From Alphaproteobacteria bacterium (GTDB taxonomy: Bacteria; Pseudomonadota; Alphaproteobacteria; CALKHQ01): 64,000 nucleotides of DNA. Shown here piece by piece: positions 10,001 to 19,348 of the stretch (positions within the stretch are counted from its first letter, which is position 1; each line of letters begins with the position of its first letter). Location: NCBI GenBank assembly GCA_965227515.1, contig CBDDFZ010000001.1, positions 448,001 to 512,000 on the forward strand, written 5' to 3'. The notes under the pieces were generated by a model that saw only the letters and a list, made by a program, of their open reading frames with translations, was not told the DNA's origin and did no database searches. The position numbers were made by a program, and so were the translations under genes.

Positions 10001-10711
10001 TCAGGCCTTCTTCTCGCCCTGATCTATTTGGTTGTCGGTGCCCGCCTGCGCCAGCTTTTCGCGCAGCGCGGCAAGCTCACGCTCGACCGTGTCCTCCGCC
10101 GCCAGCTCGGCGAACTCCTGCTCCAGGCTCTTCTTGCGGCCAATTTCCCGCGCTTCCGCCGCACCTTCCAGCGTGTCGAGCCCGTTCTCGATGTCCTCGA
10201 ACCGCTGGAACGCCGCCCTGATGCGGTCGTCGTCATGGCCGTGCCGGCGATGCCGCTGGCCGTGATGGCCGTGACCGCCGTGGCGGCGCGAGGCGAGCGC
10301 GCGCTCACGCTTCTTGGCGTCGGCCAGCTTGGATTCGAGCTGCGAGATATCGGCGCTGGTCTGGTTCAAGGTCTCTTCCAGCTCAACTAGCTGGTTGCGC
10401 ACGCCCTCGGTCTCGTCCATCAGGCGCGCCCGTGCCGCCAGCGCGCCGCGCGCCAGGTCCTCGCGGTCGCGGCCCAGCGCGAACTCCGCCTTGCGGTGCC
10501 AATCCTCGGCATCGCTGGCCGCGCGGTCGATGCGGCGCTGAAGCTGCTTCTTCTCGGCAATGCCCCGGGCCGCGGTGGCGCGCACCTCCACCAGGGTGTC
10601 TTCCATTTCCTGGACGATCATGCGGATCACCTTGTGCGGGTCCTCGGCCCGGTCGAGCAGGGCGGTGACATTCGAATTCACGATGTCGCCGAGCCTGGAA
10701 AAAATGCCCAT
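10001..10711 (-). CDS. pspA: Phage shock protein A
   Basis: MGIFSRLGDIVNSNVTALLDRAEDP...QEMEDTLVEVR, REDLARGAL, SLEQEFAEL. Confidence 0.95.
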   Translation of the reverse strand: MGIFSRLGDIVNSNVTALLDRAEDPHKVIRMIVQEMEDTLVEVRATAARGIAEKKQLQRRIDRAASDAEDWHRKAEFALGRDREDLARGALAARARLMDETEGVRNQLVELEETLNQTSADISQLESKLADAKKRERALASRRHGGHGHHGQRHRRHGHDDDRIRAAFQRFEDIENGLDTLEGAAEAREIGRKKSLEQEFAELAAEDTVERELAALREKLAQAGTDNQIDQGEKKA

Positions 10712-10763
10712 CGTTGTCTCCGTCGGTGTGGGCCGATCCGGCCGGCCCGATGACCGCTACTCC

Positions 10764-10779
10764 GCAAGGGGCGTGCCAA
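10764..10779 (-). promoter_or_regulatory. Sigma54 (-24/-12) promoter of pspA
   Basis: Minus strand TTGGCACGCCCCTTGC matches TGGCAC-N5-TTGC. Confidence 0.85.
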
Positions 10780-10856
10780 ACCTCGAATTTTCCGATAAGA
10801 CATTGTTCTATAATTATTATTCGGCCGCGCGGTTGACGTGCCATCAAACTGCAGAT

Positions 10857-10892
10857 TGGTGAATAATCCAAAGAATTGGTGTTTTTTCCCAA
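10857..10892. promoter_or_regulatory. Putative PspF upstream activator sites
   Basis: Two imperfect palindromes, TTGGTGAATAATCCAA and TTGGTGTTTTTTCCCAA, 80-110 bp upstream of the sigma54 site, with an AT-rich spacer. Confidence 0.55.
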
Positions 10893-10912
10893 CTACCGAC
10901 TACATTTCCCAT

Positions 10913-11938
<1,026 letters not shown>

Positions 11939-11948
11939 CGCGGGAACG

Positions 11949-12548
11949 TCAGAGATCCACAACCACCATCACCACTGAAGCCAGCAGCAACAGCGCGAAG
12001 GCGATGTTGGCGATCCGCCCCTTCACCGGGTCGCGCAGCACAGACGACAGCGCCGCCCCGAAGCCGAGCCACGCCGTATTGACGGTGACGATGACGAAGG
12101 TGAGCGCGGCGACCTTCGCGGCCGCGTCCAGCACCGGATCGTCGGGCACCAGAACCCGGCTGGCGTGGACCGCGCCGATGGCGGCATAGGCCTTCGGATT
12201 GGCAATCGCCAACGCGAAGGCCCCGGCGAACGAGGGCGCACGGGCCGCCGCATCGGCGCCGGCGACAACAGGCGCGGTCGCGATGCGCCAGGCCAGATAG
12301 ACGATGTAGAGGGCCGCCAATACGGTGATCAAGGTGACCAGCGCCGGCTCGGCCAGCACCAGCCCGGTGACCCCGGTGGCGATCAGCAGCAACACGACGA
12401 AGGTTCCGGCAGCGATGCCGGCCATGTAGGGCAGACCGCGCCGCGCGCCATAGGCCGCCGCAACCGCCGCCGTGCTCAGGGTCGCCGGGCCAGGGCTGCC
12501 CATCAGCGGGTAGGCCGCCATCCACAGCAGCAAGACGTCCTGCAGCAT
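11949..12548 (-). CDS. LysE/RhtB-family exporter
   Basis: SPGPA motif, NPKA, ~6 TM segments. Confidence 0.88.
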   Translation of the reverse strand: MLQDVLLLWMAAYPLMGSPGPATLSTAAVAAAYGARRGLPYMAGIAAGTFVVLLLIATGVTGLVLAEPALVTLITVLAALYIVYLAWRIATAPVVAGADAAARAPSFAGAFALAIANPKAYAAIGAVHASRVLVPDDPVLDAAAKVAALTFVIVTVNTAWLGFGAALSSVLRDPVKGRIANIAFALLLLASVVMVVVDL

Positions 12549-12587
12549 TTGCGCCCCTCATGAAACGGTCGCAAGATCGGGCCATGG

Positions 12588-13478
12588 ATGTCCGTCCGGG
12601 GTCTTGAACGAATGTGCACGTCCGATCGGCAGCGGCGGCAAAGCTGGTTCGCGCCCCTGGCCGCGGGCGGCAGCATCGACCGCGCGCATGCATTCTTCGA
12701 CGGCGTCGCCTTCTCGCCCCACCGCCATGACACCTATGCGGTCGGGCTGACCACCCACGGGGTGCAGTCGTTCGGCTATCGCGGCGCCGACCGCCATTCA
12801 TGCGCTGGCGACGCCTTCGTCATCCAGCCGGACGAGCGCCATGACGGCCGCCAGGGCACCGAGGGCGGCTATGGCTACCGCATCGCCTATCTGGCGCCGG
12901 CCCAGATCGCGGCGGCCTTGGTGGGCGCTGCCTTGGGAGGCCGCGCCCTGCCCCATGTCGACGGCGCGGTCAGCCGCGACCCGAGGCTGATCGCCGCGGT
13001 GGCCGGGCTGTTCCCGGATGCGGGGGAGGATGCCGGGGACGCCGCGGACGACCTGCACGCCACGGGCGCCATCGTGCGGCTGGCGGACACCATGGCCCGG
13101 CTGGGGTGCGCAACGGCGCGGCGGCCGGGGCCGTTGGACACAAGGGCCATGCAGCGGATCGGTGATCATTTGCGGGCCGAGGCTGCCGCGGGCGTATCCA
13201 TGGCAGACCTGGAGCGGGCCCACGGCATCGACCGCTGGACGCTGAGCCGGCAGTTCCGCCGCGCCCATGGCGTCAGCCCGCACCGCTACATGGTGTTGCG
13301 GCGCTTGGACATCGCGCGGCGGGAGATCGAGGGCGGGGCCGGGCTCGCCGATGCCGCGCTTGCGGCCGGTTTCGCCGACCAGAGCCACATGACGCGGCAG
13401 TTTCGCGGAACCTACGGTGTCACGCCGGGGGTGTGGCGGTCGCTGGTGCGCGGCGGACCCGGCGAATGCCGATCCTGA
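12588..13478 (+). CDS. AraC-family regulator
   Basis: Cupin HRHDTY, C-terminal GFADQSHMTRQF; divergent from lysE; start could be 12612. Confidence 0.92.
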   Translation: MSVRGLERMCTSDRQRRQSWFAPLAAGGSIDRAHAFFDGVAFSPHRHDTYAVGLTTHGVQSFGYRGADRHSCAGDAFVIQPDERHDGRQGTEGGYGYRIAYLAPAQIAAALVGAALGGRALPHVDGAVSRDPRLIAAVAGLFPDAGEDAGDAADDLHATGAIVRLADTMARLGCATARRPGPLDTRAMQRIGDHLRAEAAAGVSMADLERAHGIDRWTLSRQFRRAHGVSPHRYMVLRRLDIARREIEGGAGLADAALAAGFADQSHMTRQFRGTYGVTPGVWRSLVRGGPGECRS

Positions 13479-13479
13479 C

Positions 13480-14229
13480 CTACCCCTCCATCATCTGGCG
13501 GGCCATCTCGGCGAAGTTGCGCTCGACCGCCTTCGAATCGGCGGCAAGCCCGTCGGCCACGCCGCTCGCCATGTCGCCGAAGATCAGGTCCTCCGCGCCC
13601 CGGTCCAGCCCGTCCATGATCGCGGTCACCACCTCGTCCGGCGTCAGCTTCGGCATCTCCAGCCCCGCGGTCATGTCGGTGTCGACCGCGCCGGGATAGA
13701 CCCCCATCACGTGGGTGCCCTGGCTGAACAACTCGCCACGCACCGCCTGGGTCAGCGATTGCAGCGCCGCCTTGGACGCGGAATAGGTGCCGAGGGCGGG
13801 GAAGTTCACCAGCCCCAGGATCGAGATCATGTTGACGATGGCACCGCCGCCGTTCGCCTTCAGCACCGGCGCGAACGCGCGGATCACGTTCAGGGTGCCG
13901 AAATAGTTCACCGCCATCTCGGTCTGGGCATTCGCGGTGTCGGGCCGCGCGATCGCCGGCGTGTTGAAGTTGACCCCGGCGTTGTTGATCAGCAGCGACA
14001 CGTCGGGTGCGGCCGCCGCGGCCGCCTCGCACTCCGCCGGCACCGTCACGTCCAGCGCGATCGGCAGCACCCGGCCACCGCCGGCCGCCACAAGGTCGGC
14101 GATGGCGTCGGGCCTGCGGGTCGCGGCATAGACCGTGGCCGCCCCGGCCGCGACCAGCGCCGGCACCATCGCCCGCCCGATGCCGCGGTTGGTGCCGGTG
14201 ACGAACACGGTGGCGCCAGAAACTTGCAT
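13480..14229 (-). CDS. SDR oxidoreductase
   Basis: VTGTNRGIG, LINNAG, YSASK. Confidence 0.9.
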   Translation of the reverse strand: MQVSGATVFVTGTNRGIGRAMVPALVAAGAATVYAATRRPDAIADLVAAGGGRVLPIALDVTVPAECEAAAAAAPDVSLLINNAGVNFNTPAIARPDTANAQTEMAVNYFGTLNVIRAFAPVLKANGGGAIVNMISILGLVNFPALGTYSASKAALQSLTQAVRGELFSQGTHVMGVYPGAVDTDMTAGLEMPKLTPDEVVTAIMDGLDRGAEDLIFGDMASGVADGLAADSKAVERNFAEMARQMMEG

Positions 14230-14368
14230 GTCGAAGACCTCCCCATTTTCCCGGACCGGATTGGGCGGATCGGGCGCGCGGATGTCAAGGTCGTCACGGC
14301 ATTGACCGGTCGCGCCGGCTCTCGATAGAGTCCGCGCGACGGGTGGGGACGACAGAGGGAGAGACCGC

Positions 14369-15619
14369 GTGCCGGGCACCATGATCGACATTACCGCTGC
14401 CGATGGCGGCACGTTCCAGGGCTATCTGGCGCTGCCGGAGAGCGGCGGCGGGCCTGGCCTGGTGATCCTGCAGGAGATCTTCGGCGTCAACGAGTCGATG
14501 CGCTGGGTCGCGGACTACTTCGCCGAGGAGGGTTATGCCTGCCTGGTGCCGGACCTGTTCTGGCGCATCGAGCCGGGCATCGAACTCGGCCACAGCGAGG
14601 AAGAGGTGGCCACGGCGCGCGAATACCTGGGCCAGCTCGATGTCGACCAGGCGATCCGCGACATCGGGTCGTCCATCGAGACCCTGCGGGCCATGCCCGC
14701 GGTGGCCGACGGCGGCGACGGCCGGGTCGGCGCGCTGGGCTTCTGCCTGGGCGGGCGGCTTGCCTACCTGACCGCCGCGCGCACCGACGTCGATGTGTCC
14801 GTCGGCTATTACGGCGTCGGTATCGAGAACCACCTGGACGAGGCCAAGTACATCGAGTGCCCGATGGTGCTGCACTTCGGCGCCGAGGACGGCATGACCC
14901 CGCCGGAGACCATCGACCGCATCCGTGCGGCATTGGCCAGCCACGAGGACGTCGACATCCACGTCTACCCCGGCGTCGGCCACGCGTTCTACACCCCGCA
15001 GCGCAAGAGCTATGACCGGCCGGCGGCCTGGATGTCGCATTCGCGCACCATCGCCGCACTGCGCCAGCGCATGGGCCCGCACTACGACCTCTCCCAGCTC
15101 TGGGACAAGCACTGCGAGTACGAGTTCGCGACCCGCGATGTCGACGCCACCATGTCGACCATGGTCGCCCAGCCCTACGTCAACCACATCCCGACCATGA
15201 CCGGCGGCGTCGGCTATGACCTGCTGCACCGGTTCTACAAGAACCACTTCATCCCGAAGACGCCGGCCGACACCAAGCTGGTGCCGATCAGCCGCACCAT
15301 CGGCGCCGACCGGGTGGTGGACGAGATGCTGTTCTGCTTCACCCACGACATCGAGATCGACTGGATGCTGCCGGGGGTGGAGCCGACCGGCAAATATGTG
15401 GAGGTGCCGCTGGTCGCCATCGTCTGCTTCCGCGGCGACAAGCTCTATCACGAGCACATCTACTGGGATCAGGCGAGCGTACTGGTGCAGATCGGCAAGC
15501 TGGACCCGGCGGGCCTGCCGGTCGCCGGCATCGACACCGCCAAGAAGCTGGTCGACGAGTCCAACCCGTCCAACACGCTGATGGACCGCTGGTCGGAGAG
15601 CGCGGAGGCGGCGGAGTAG
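14369..15619 (+). CDS. Dienelactone hydrolase fused to a SnoaL/NTF2-like domain
   Basis: QEIFGVN, GFCLGG nucleophile elbow, YPGVGHAF; C-terminal YVNHIPTMTGG...EHIYWDQAS. Confidence 0.88.
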   Translation: MPGTMIDITAADGGTFQGYLALPESGGGPGLVILQEIFGVNESMRWVADYFAEEGYACLVPDLFWRIEPGIELGHSEEEVATAREYLGQLDVDQAIRDIGSSIETLRAMPAVADGGDGRVGALGFCLGGRLAYLTAARTDVDVSVGYYGVGIENHLDEAKYIECPMVLHFGAEDGMTPPETIDRIRAALASHEDVDIHVYPGVGHAFYTPQRKSYDRPAAWMSHSRTIAALRQRMGPHYDLSQLWDKHCEYEFATRDVDATMSTMVAQPYVNHIPTMTGGVGYDLLHRFYKNHFIPKTPADTKLVPISRTIGADRVVDEMLFCFTHDIEIDWMLPGVEPTGKYVEVPLVAIVCFRGDKLYHEHIYWDQASVLVQIGKLDPAGLPVAGIDTAKKLVDESNPSNTLMDRWSESAEAAE

Positions 15620-15726
15620 GGTCACCTGCACCATCGCGCCGCCGTCACGCGTTTGTTGTTTGCCGCCAATCGTAATCGGTGGGGATAGTTAACGCCGTCA
15701 CCCAGCACTCGTGACGGAGCCCTACC

Positions 15727-16116
15727 ATGACAACCGACCTCGTCTATCTCGCGCTGACGGCGCTGCTGACCGCGGCGCTGTGGATCCCCTACATCCTGGG
15801 CCAGGCGACGGCCAACGGCCTGCTGACTCCGGCCAATTACAAGGACCCGACGCCGCGCCCGGTGCCGCTGTGGGCGCAGCGCGCCAACCGCGCCCATCTG
15901 AACGCGGTCGAGGTGTTCGCGCCGTTCGCCGCCCTGGTGCTGATCGCCCACGTCACCCAGCAGTCCAGCAACATGACGGCGTTCTGGGCCGCGCTGTTCT
16001 TCTGGACCCGCGCCGCCCATGCCGTGATCTATCTGGTCGGGTTGCCCTACCTGCGCACGCTGGTGTTCATTGCCGGCTTCGTGAGCATCGTCGGGCTGTT
16101 CTTCGCGGTGATTTGA
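15727..16116 (+). CDS. MAPEG-family membrane protein
   Basis: RANRAHLNAVE..PFAALV, R..H..Y; 4 TM segments. Confidence 0.85.
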   Translation: MTTDLVYLALTALLTAALWIPYILGQATANGLLTPANYKDPTPRPVPLWAQRANRAHLNAVEVFAPFAALVLIAHVTQQSSNMTAFWAALFFWTRAAHAVIYLVGLPYLRTLVFIAGFVSIVGLFFAVI

Positions 16117-16145
16117 CCGCGCGCCACGCCATGTGCCGCAGTACG

Positions 16146-16201
16146 TTCGTAACAGGGACATTCGTAACAGGGGGGATAACCGTGGGGGGATAACCAACGG
16201 G
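16146..16201 (+). repeat. Short direct repeats with G-tracts in the leader of an orphan ORF
   Basis: TTCGTAACAGGG at 16146 and 16161; GGGGGGATAACC at 16170 and 16184. Confidence 0.8.
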
Positions 16202-16212
16202 AGTCCGGACCT

Positions 16213-16890
16213 ATGAATTTCGACGGAAACGGCGTCATCGACTGGGATGCCTCCAAACATAACACCCTGATTGCCGCACCTTTCGACGACGAAGGCACGC
16301 TCGAGTTTGAAATGGACGGCTACCGGGACAAGTGCTTCGTCTTCCAGTCCGGCGAGACCAAAGCGGACAAGGCGGTTGTCGGCAGCATGGGTGTGTTCGA
16401 GGTGGACGACGCCACACTCGCCACGCTGACCAATGACATCATCATCCTCGGCCACGGCGACTACCTGGACAGAATTGCCAACGGCGATGACGAGGAGCTC
16501 TCCGCCAACGACATGGCCAAGTGGCTGCAGGACAACGGACTGCCACTGGCCTATGGCGGACGCATCTGGATGTGGAGCTGCCATGGCGGCGTGCCCGGCG
16601 GCTTTGCGCAGGCCGTCTTCATGCGCCTGTACAATCTGGGCTACCACAATATCAGCGTGTCCGGCCCGCGCTACATCACCGGCCCGATCCCGAGCGTGAT
16701 CCCCGGTGTGCAGTCGGTGCCCACCGGCCACACGGATGTCGGCGCGACATTCACGACCGATTACGCACTGATGTCGGGTCCATCGGGCGGGCCAAAGACA
16801 CCGTGGGTGCCCGGCACGGCAGCAGCCTACGCAAACATGCGCGTCGGCCAGCGGCACGACTTCCTGCACTACGGCCGGGAGCTGCAGTAG
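16213..16890 (+). CDS. Hypothetical protein, probable clan CD (caspase/C80-like) cysteine protease fold
   Basis: GGGAG RBS; IIILGHG ... IWMWSCHGG strand-His-Gly / strand-Cys pattern. Confidence 0.6.
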   Translation: MNFDGNGVIDWDASKHNTLIAAPFDDEGTLEFEMDGYRDKCFVFQSGETKADKAVVGSMGVFEVDDATLATLTNDIIILGHGDYLDRIANGDDEELSANDMAKWLQDNGLPLAYGGRIWMWSCHGGVPGGFAQAVFMRLYNLGYHNISVSGPRYITGPIPSVIPGVQSVPTGHTDVGATFTTDYALMSGPSGGPKTPWVPGTAAAYANMRVGQRHDFLHYGRELQ

Positions 16891-16892
16891 CT

Positions 16893-16926
16893 CAGGACCG
16901 GCTAACGCTGAAGTCTGCGCCGGCCC
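16893..16926 (+). repeat. Truncated family A repeat end
   Basis: 28/34 identity to 1272-1305. Confidence 0.65.
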
Positions 16927-16945
16927 AGCACAGGCCATACTCGGC

Positions 16946-18181
16946 CTAGACCACCTGCAGGGTCCGCTCGACCACCCAGTACGCCGCGACCGTCGCCACG
17001 CCGGCGAGCGTAGCGTGGCGGGCAAAGACAAGCGCCTTGGCGGACATCTGCGCGATCGCCCAGGTCACGGCGATGGTCGCCGCCAGGATCGCCATCTGCC
17101 CGATCTCGACGCCGGCATTGAACGCGGCGAGCGCCGAAACCAGATCCGGTGCATCCTCGCCCAGGATATCGCCGAGAACGAACGAAAAGCCGAGCCCGTG
17201 CAGCAGGCCGATGCCGGCCATGATCCAGGTCGGTCCCAGCCGGTGCCGCCATGCCGTGATGCTCGCGTAGAGCACGGTTGCAGCAATCGCGGTCTCCACC
17301 GCCGAAATGAACCAGGGCCATGTCGGCGTCGCCCCCAGCACCGTTGCCACCAGAGTGACCGAGTGGCCCAGGGTGAAGGCGGTGACGACCCAAATCAGGC
17401 GCTGGACCAGACCGATCGCCAGGGCGAAGCACACCACCAGCAGCACGTGGTCGAGACCGACGAGGATGTGGATGACACCCTGCCAGGTGAACGCCAGCAC
17501 CGTGCGCAGCCAGGACCCATCGATCAGCACTGGATTGAGCAACTGTCCCGCGCTGGTCAGCGACCGCGGCGGGTCCTGCCGACCGTCGACCAGATGGTTG
17601 TCGATGTCGACGCCGGCCACCAGCGGGAGCTCCGGCAGTCCGGAACGGACCGCAATCGATCCGGCGGCCAACGGTGCATCCAGCGCCAGTACGTATTCGA
17701 CGACCGCCTCGCCGAATACCGGGTCCTGTGCCGCGCCCGGCTGCGCCAGGGACTCGGCCGCGCCCGGTACGGTGGCGAACAGCGTATCGGGCACGGATGC
17801 GGCCACGCGCCATTCGCGCAGCTTAGCAGTGACCTGGCGTCCGTTCTGCGTCCAGACCAGGCTGTCGGCCAGGCGGTCTGCCCAGGCGGCATCGAACTCC
17901 TCGACCGCGGCGAGCGAGATACGGAACCGTACGGCGCCAGTGACAGATTCGGCGTACAGAAATGGGGTCTGTATGCCGCCACTGGCTTGCGCCGACGTGA
18001 TGACATCGGAAAACAACAGCGGCGCCGGCGCGCGCACATAGGCAACGAGCTCGCCATCGCTCTCGGCGACGACGATGGTGCGTATCTTGGTACCGGCGCT
18101 GAAGTGTGCCGCGGCCGAGCCAGACGCTGCGGCGAACAGGATGGCGGCCAGCAACGCACGCCAGGTGTTTATTGGAGACAT
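16946..18181 (-). CDS. HupE/UreJ-family membrane protein with an N-terminal periplasmic domain
   Basis: Signal peptide ending AAA-H; GVIHILVGLDHVL, TAFTLGHSVTL, GLLHGLGF, FNAGVEIGQ. Confidence 0.85.
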   Translation of the reverse strand: MSPINTWRALLAAILFAAASGSAAAHFSAGTKIRTIVVAESDGELVAYVRAPAPLLFSDVITSAQASGGIQTPFLYAESVTGAVRFRISLAAVEEFDAAWADRLADSLVWTQNGRQVTAKLREWRVAASVPDTLFATVPGAAESLAQPGAAQDPVFGEAVVEYVLALDAPLAAGSIAVRSGLPELPLVAGVDIDNHLVDGRQDPPRSLTSAGQLLNPVLIDGSWLRTVLAFTWQGVIHILVGLDHVLLVVCFALAIGLVQRLIWVVTAFTLGHSVTLVATVLGATPTWPWFISAVETAIAATVLYASITAWRHRLGPTWIMAGIGLLHGLGFSFVLGDILGEDAPDLVSALAAFNAGVEIGQMAILAATIAVTWAIAQMSAKALVFARHATLAGVATVAAYWVVERTLQVV

Positions 18182-18250
18182 GACGCGGCGCGACCGGTGC
18201 CGCGACGTGGCGGAAGTGCAAAAACACTGCCGCCACGCCGCCGAAACGCA

Positions 18251-19174
18251 TCAGTCCGTCAATGCCGGATACGGCAGGTCACGGTCGGTGACGCGGCCGA
18301 ACCCGTCGATCACCACGGTGTCGGGATACACCTCGACGATGGCGTAGGCGGTTTCCGTCGCGGTCTCCACCATGCCCTCGACCGTCACATAGTGAATGCC
18401 GTCCGACACGCCATAGTGGCCAGCATGATTGTGGCCGTTCAGATAGGCCATGACGTTGTCATATTGACCGAGCAAGGCAACGACGTCCTCATAGTTCCAG
18501 AGGTTGTGGATGTCCTCCGGCGCCAGCGGGTAGTGGCCCATCACGATGACCTTCTCGCCGGCCGCCTGCGCGGCTTCGAGCTGGCCTTGCAGCCACGACA
18601 TCTGCTCGTCGGAAAGGCCGCCATTCCAGGTCTGCGCGTTCACCTTCTCCGCGGCGACCACGGCATCGTACATGGCCACCGAGGCCTCGTGCCGCGGCGT
18701 GCCTTCCGGGTTGGCGAACAGGCTGAGATCGTTGCCGTCGATGACGATGAAGCGCACGCCGTTCTCGACGAACTCGTAGTAGCGGTCCTCCATGCCGAGG
18801 TAACTGGGCACGGTGCTCACATAGTCTGAAGCGACCGAGTATTCGTGGTTGCCGAGGACGAACCAGTTCTCGGTCTCAACGTTCTCATAGATCGGCAGGA
18901 TGTGGGTGTAGGCATCCACGTGCCGGTCGATGATGTCGCCAAGGGTGACGACGAACGCGAGGTCCTCTTGATTGAGCGCGTCCACAGCCTCCGAAAGCTT
19001 CCACAGGCTGTTTGCGTAGTAGCGCGTGCCGCGCGGCGGCGCCGGGGCGTACTGGGGGTCGGCGATCACGCCAAAACGCACCAGCGGCACGTCTTGGGCG
19101 GCGGCCGGAACCGAAAGGGCAACGACTGACATCGCCAGTGCTCCCAACGATGCAAATAAGGTGGTCTCATGCAT
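18251..19174 (-). CDS. Exported calcineurin-like metallophosphoesterase (Mn-dependent ADP-ribose/CDP-alcohol diphosphatase-like)
   Basis: FGVIADPQYA, LGDIID, LGNHE, GHYP, NGHNHAG; signal peptide; start uncertain (19174/19183). Confidence 0.82.
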   Translation of the reverse strand: MHETTLFASLGALAMSVVALSVPAAAQDVPLVRFGVIADPQYAPAPPRGTRYYANSLWKLSEAVDALNQEDLAFVVTLGDIIDRHVDAYTHILPIYENVETENWFVLGNHEYSVASDYVSTVPSYLGMEDRYYEFVENGVRFIVIDGNDLSLFANPEGTPRHEASVAMYDAVVAAEKVNAQTWNGGLSDEQMSWLQGQLEAAQAAGEKVIVMGHYPLAPEDIHNLWNYEDVVALLGQYDNVMAYLNGHNHAGHYGVSDGIHYVTVEGMVETATETAYAIVEVYPDTVVIDGFGRVTDRDLPYPALTD

Positions 19175-19348
19175 GGCACTCATTCCCATCCAGGTTTGTC
19201 GAGATGGAAATGTAGGTCGCGACCGATGATGGCTGTGTGACCCGCCGGCGAACCTTTCGTTAACTATAATTGCTGGCACGCGGCCGGGGATTCGTCGCGC
19301 ACGGACAGGCTGCGGACTGCAGATAGGTCAGGATCAGCTTGCGCTGAT

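Noticed and set aside
10236-10290. PspA His-rich tract as a compensated frameshift artefact
   Set aside because: The alternative frame (AATAVTAITASGIAGTAM) is not PspA-like, and PspC independently has a similar tract
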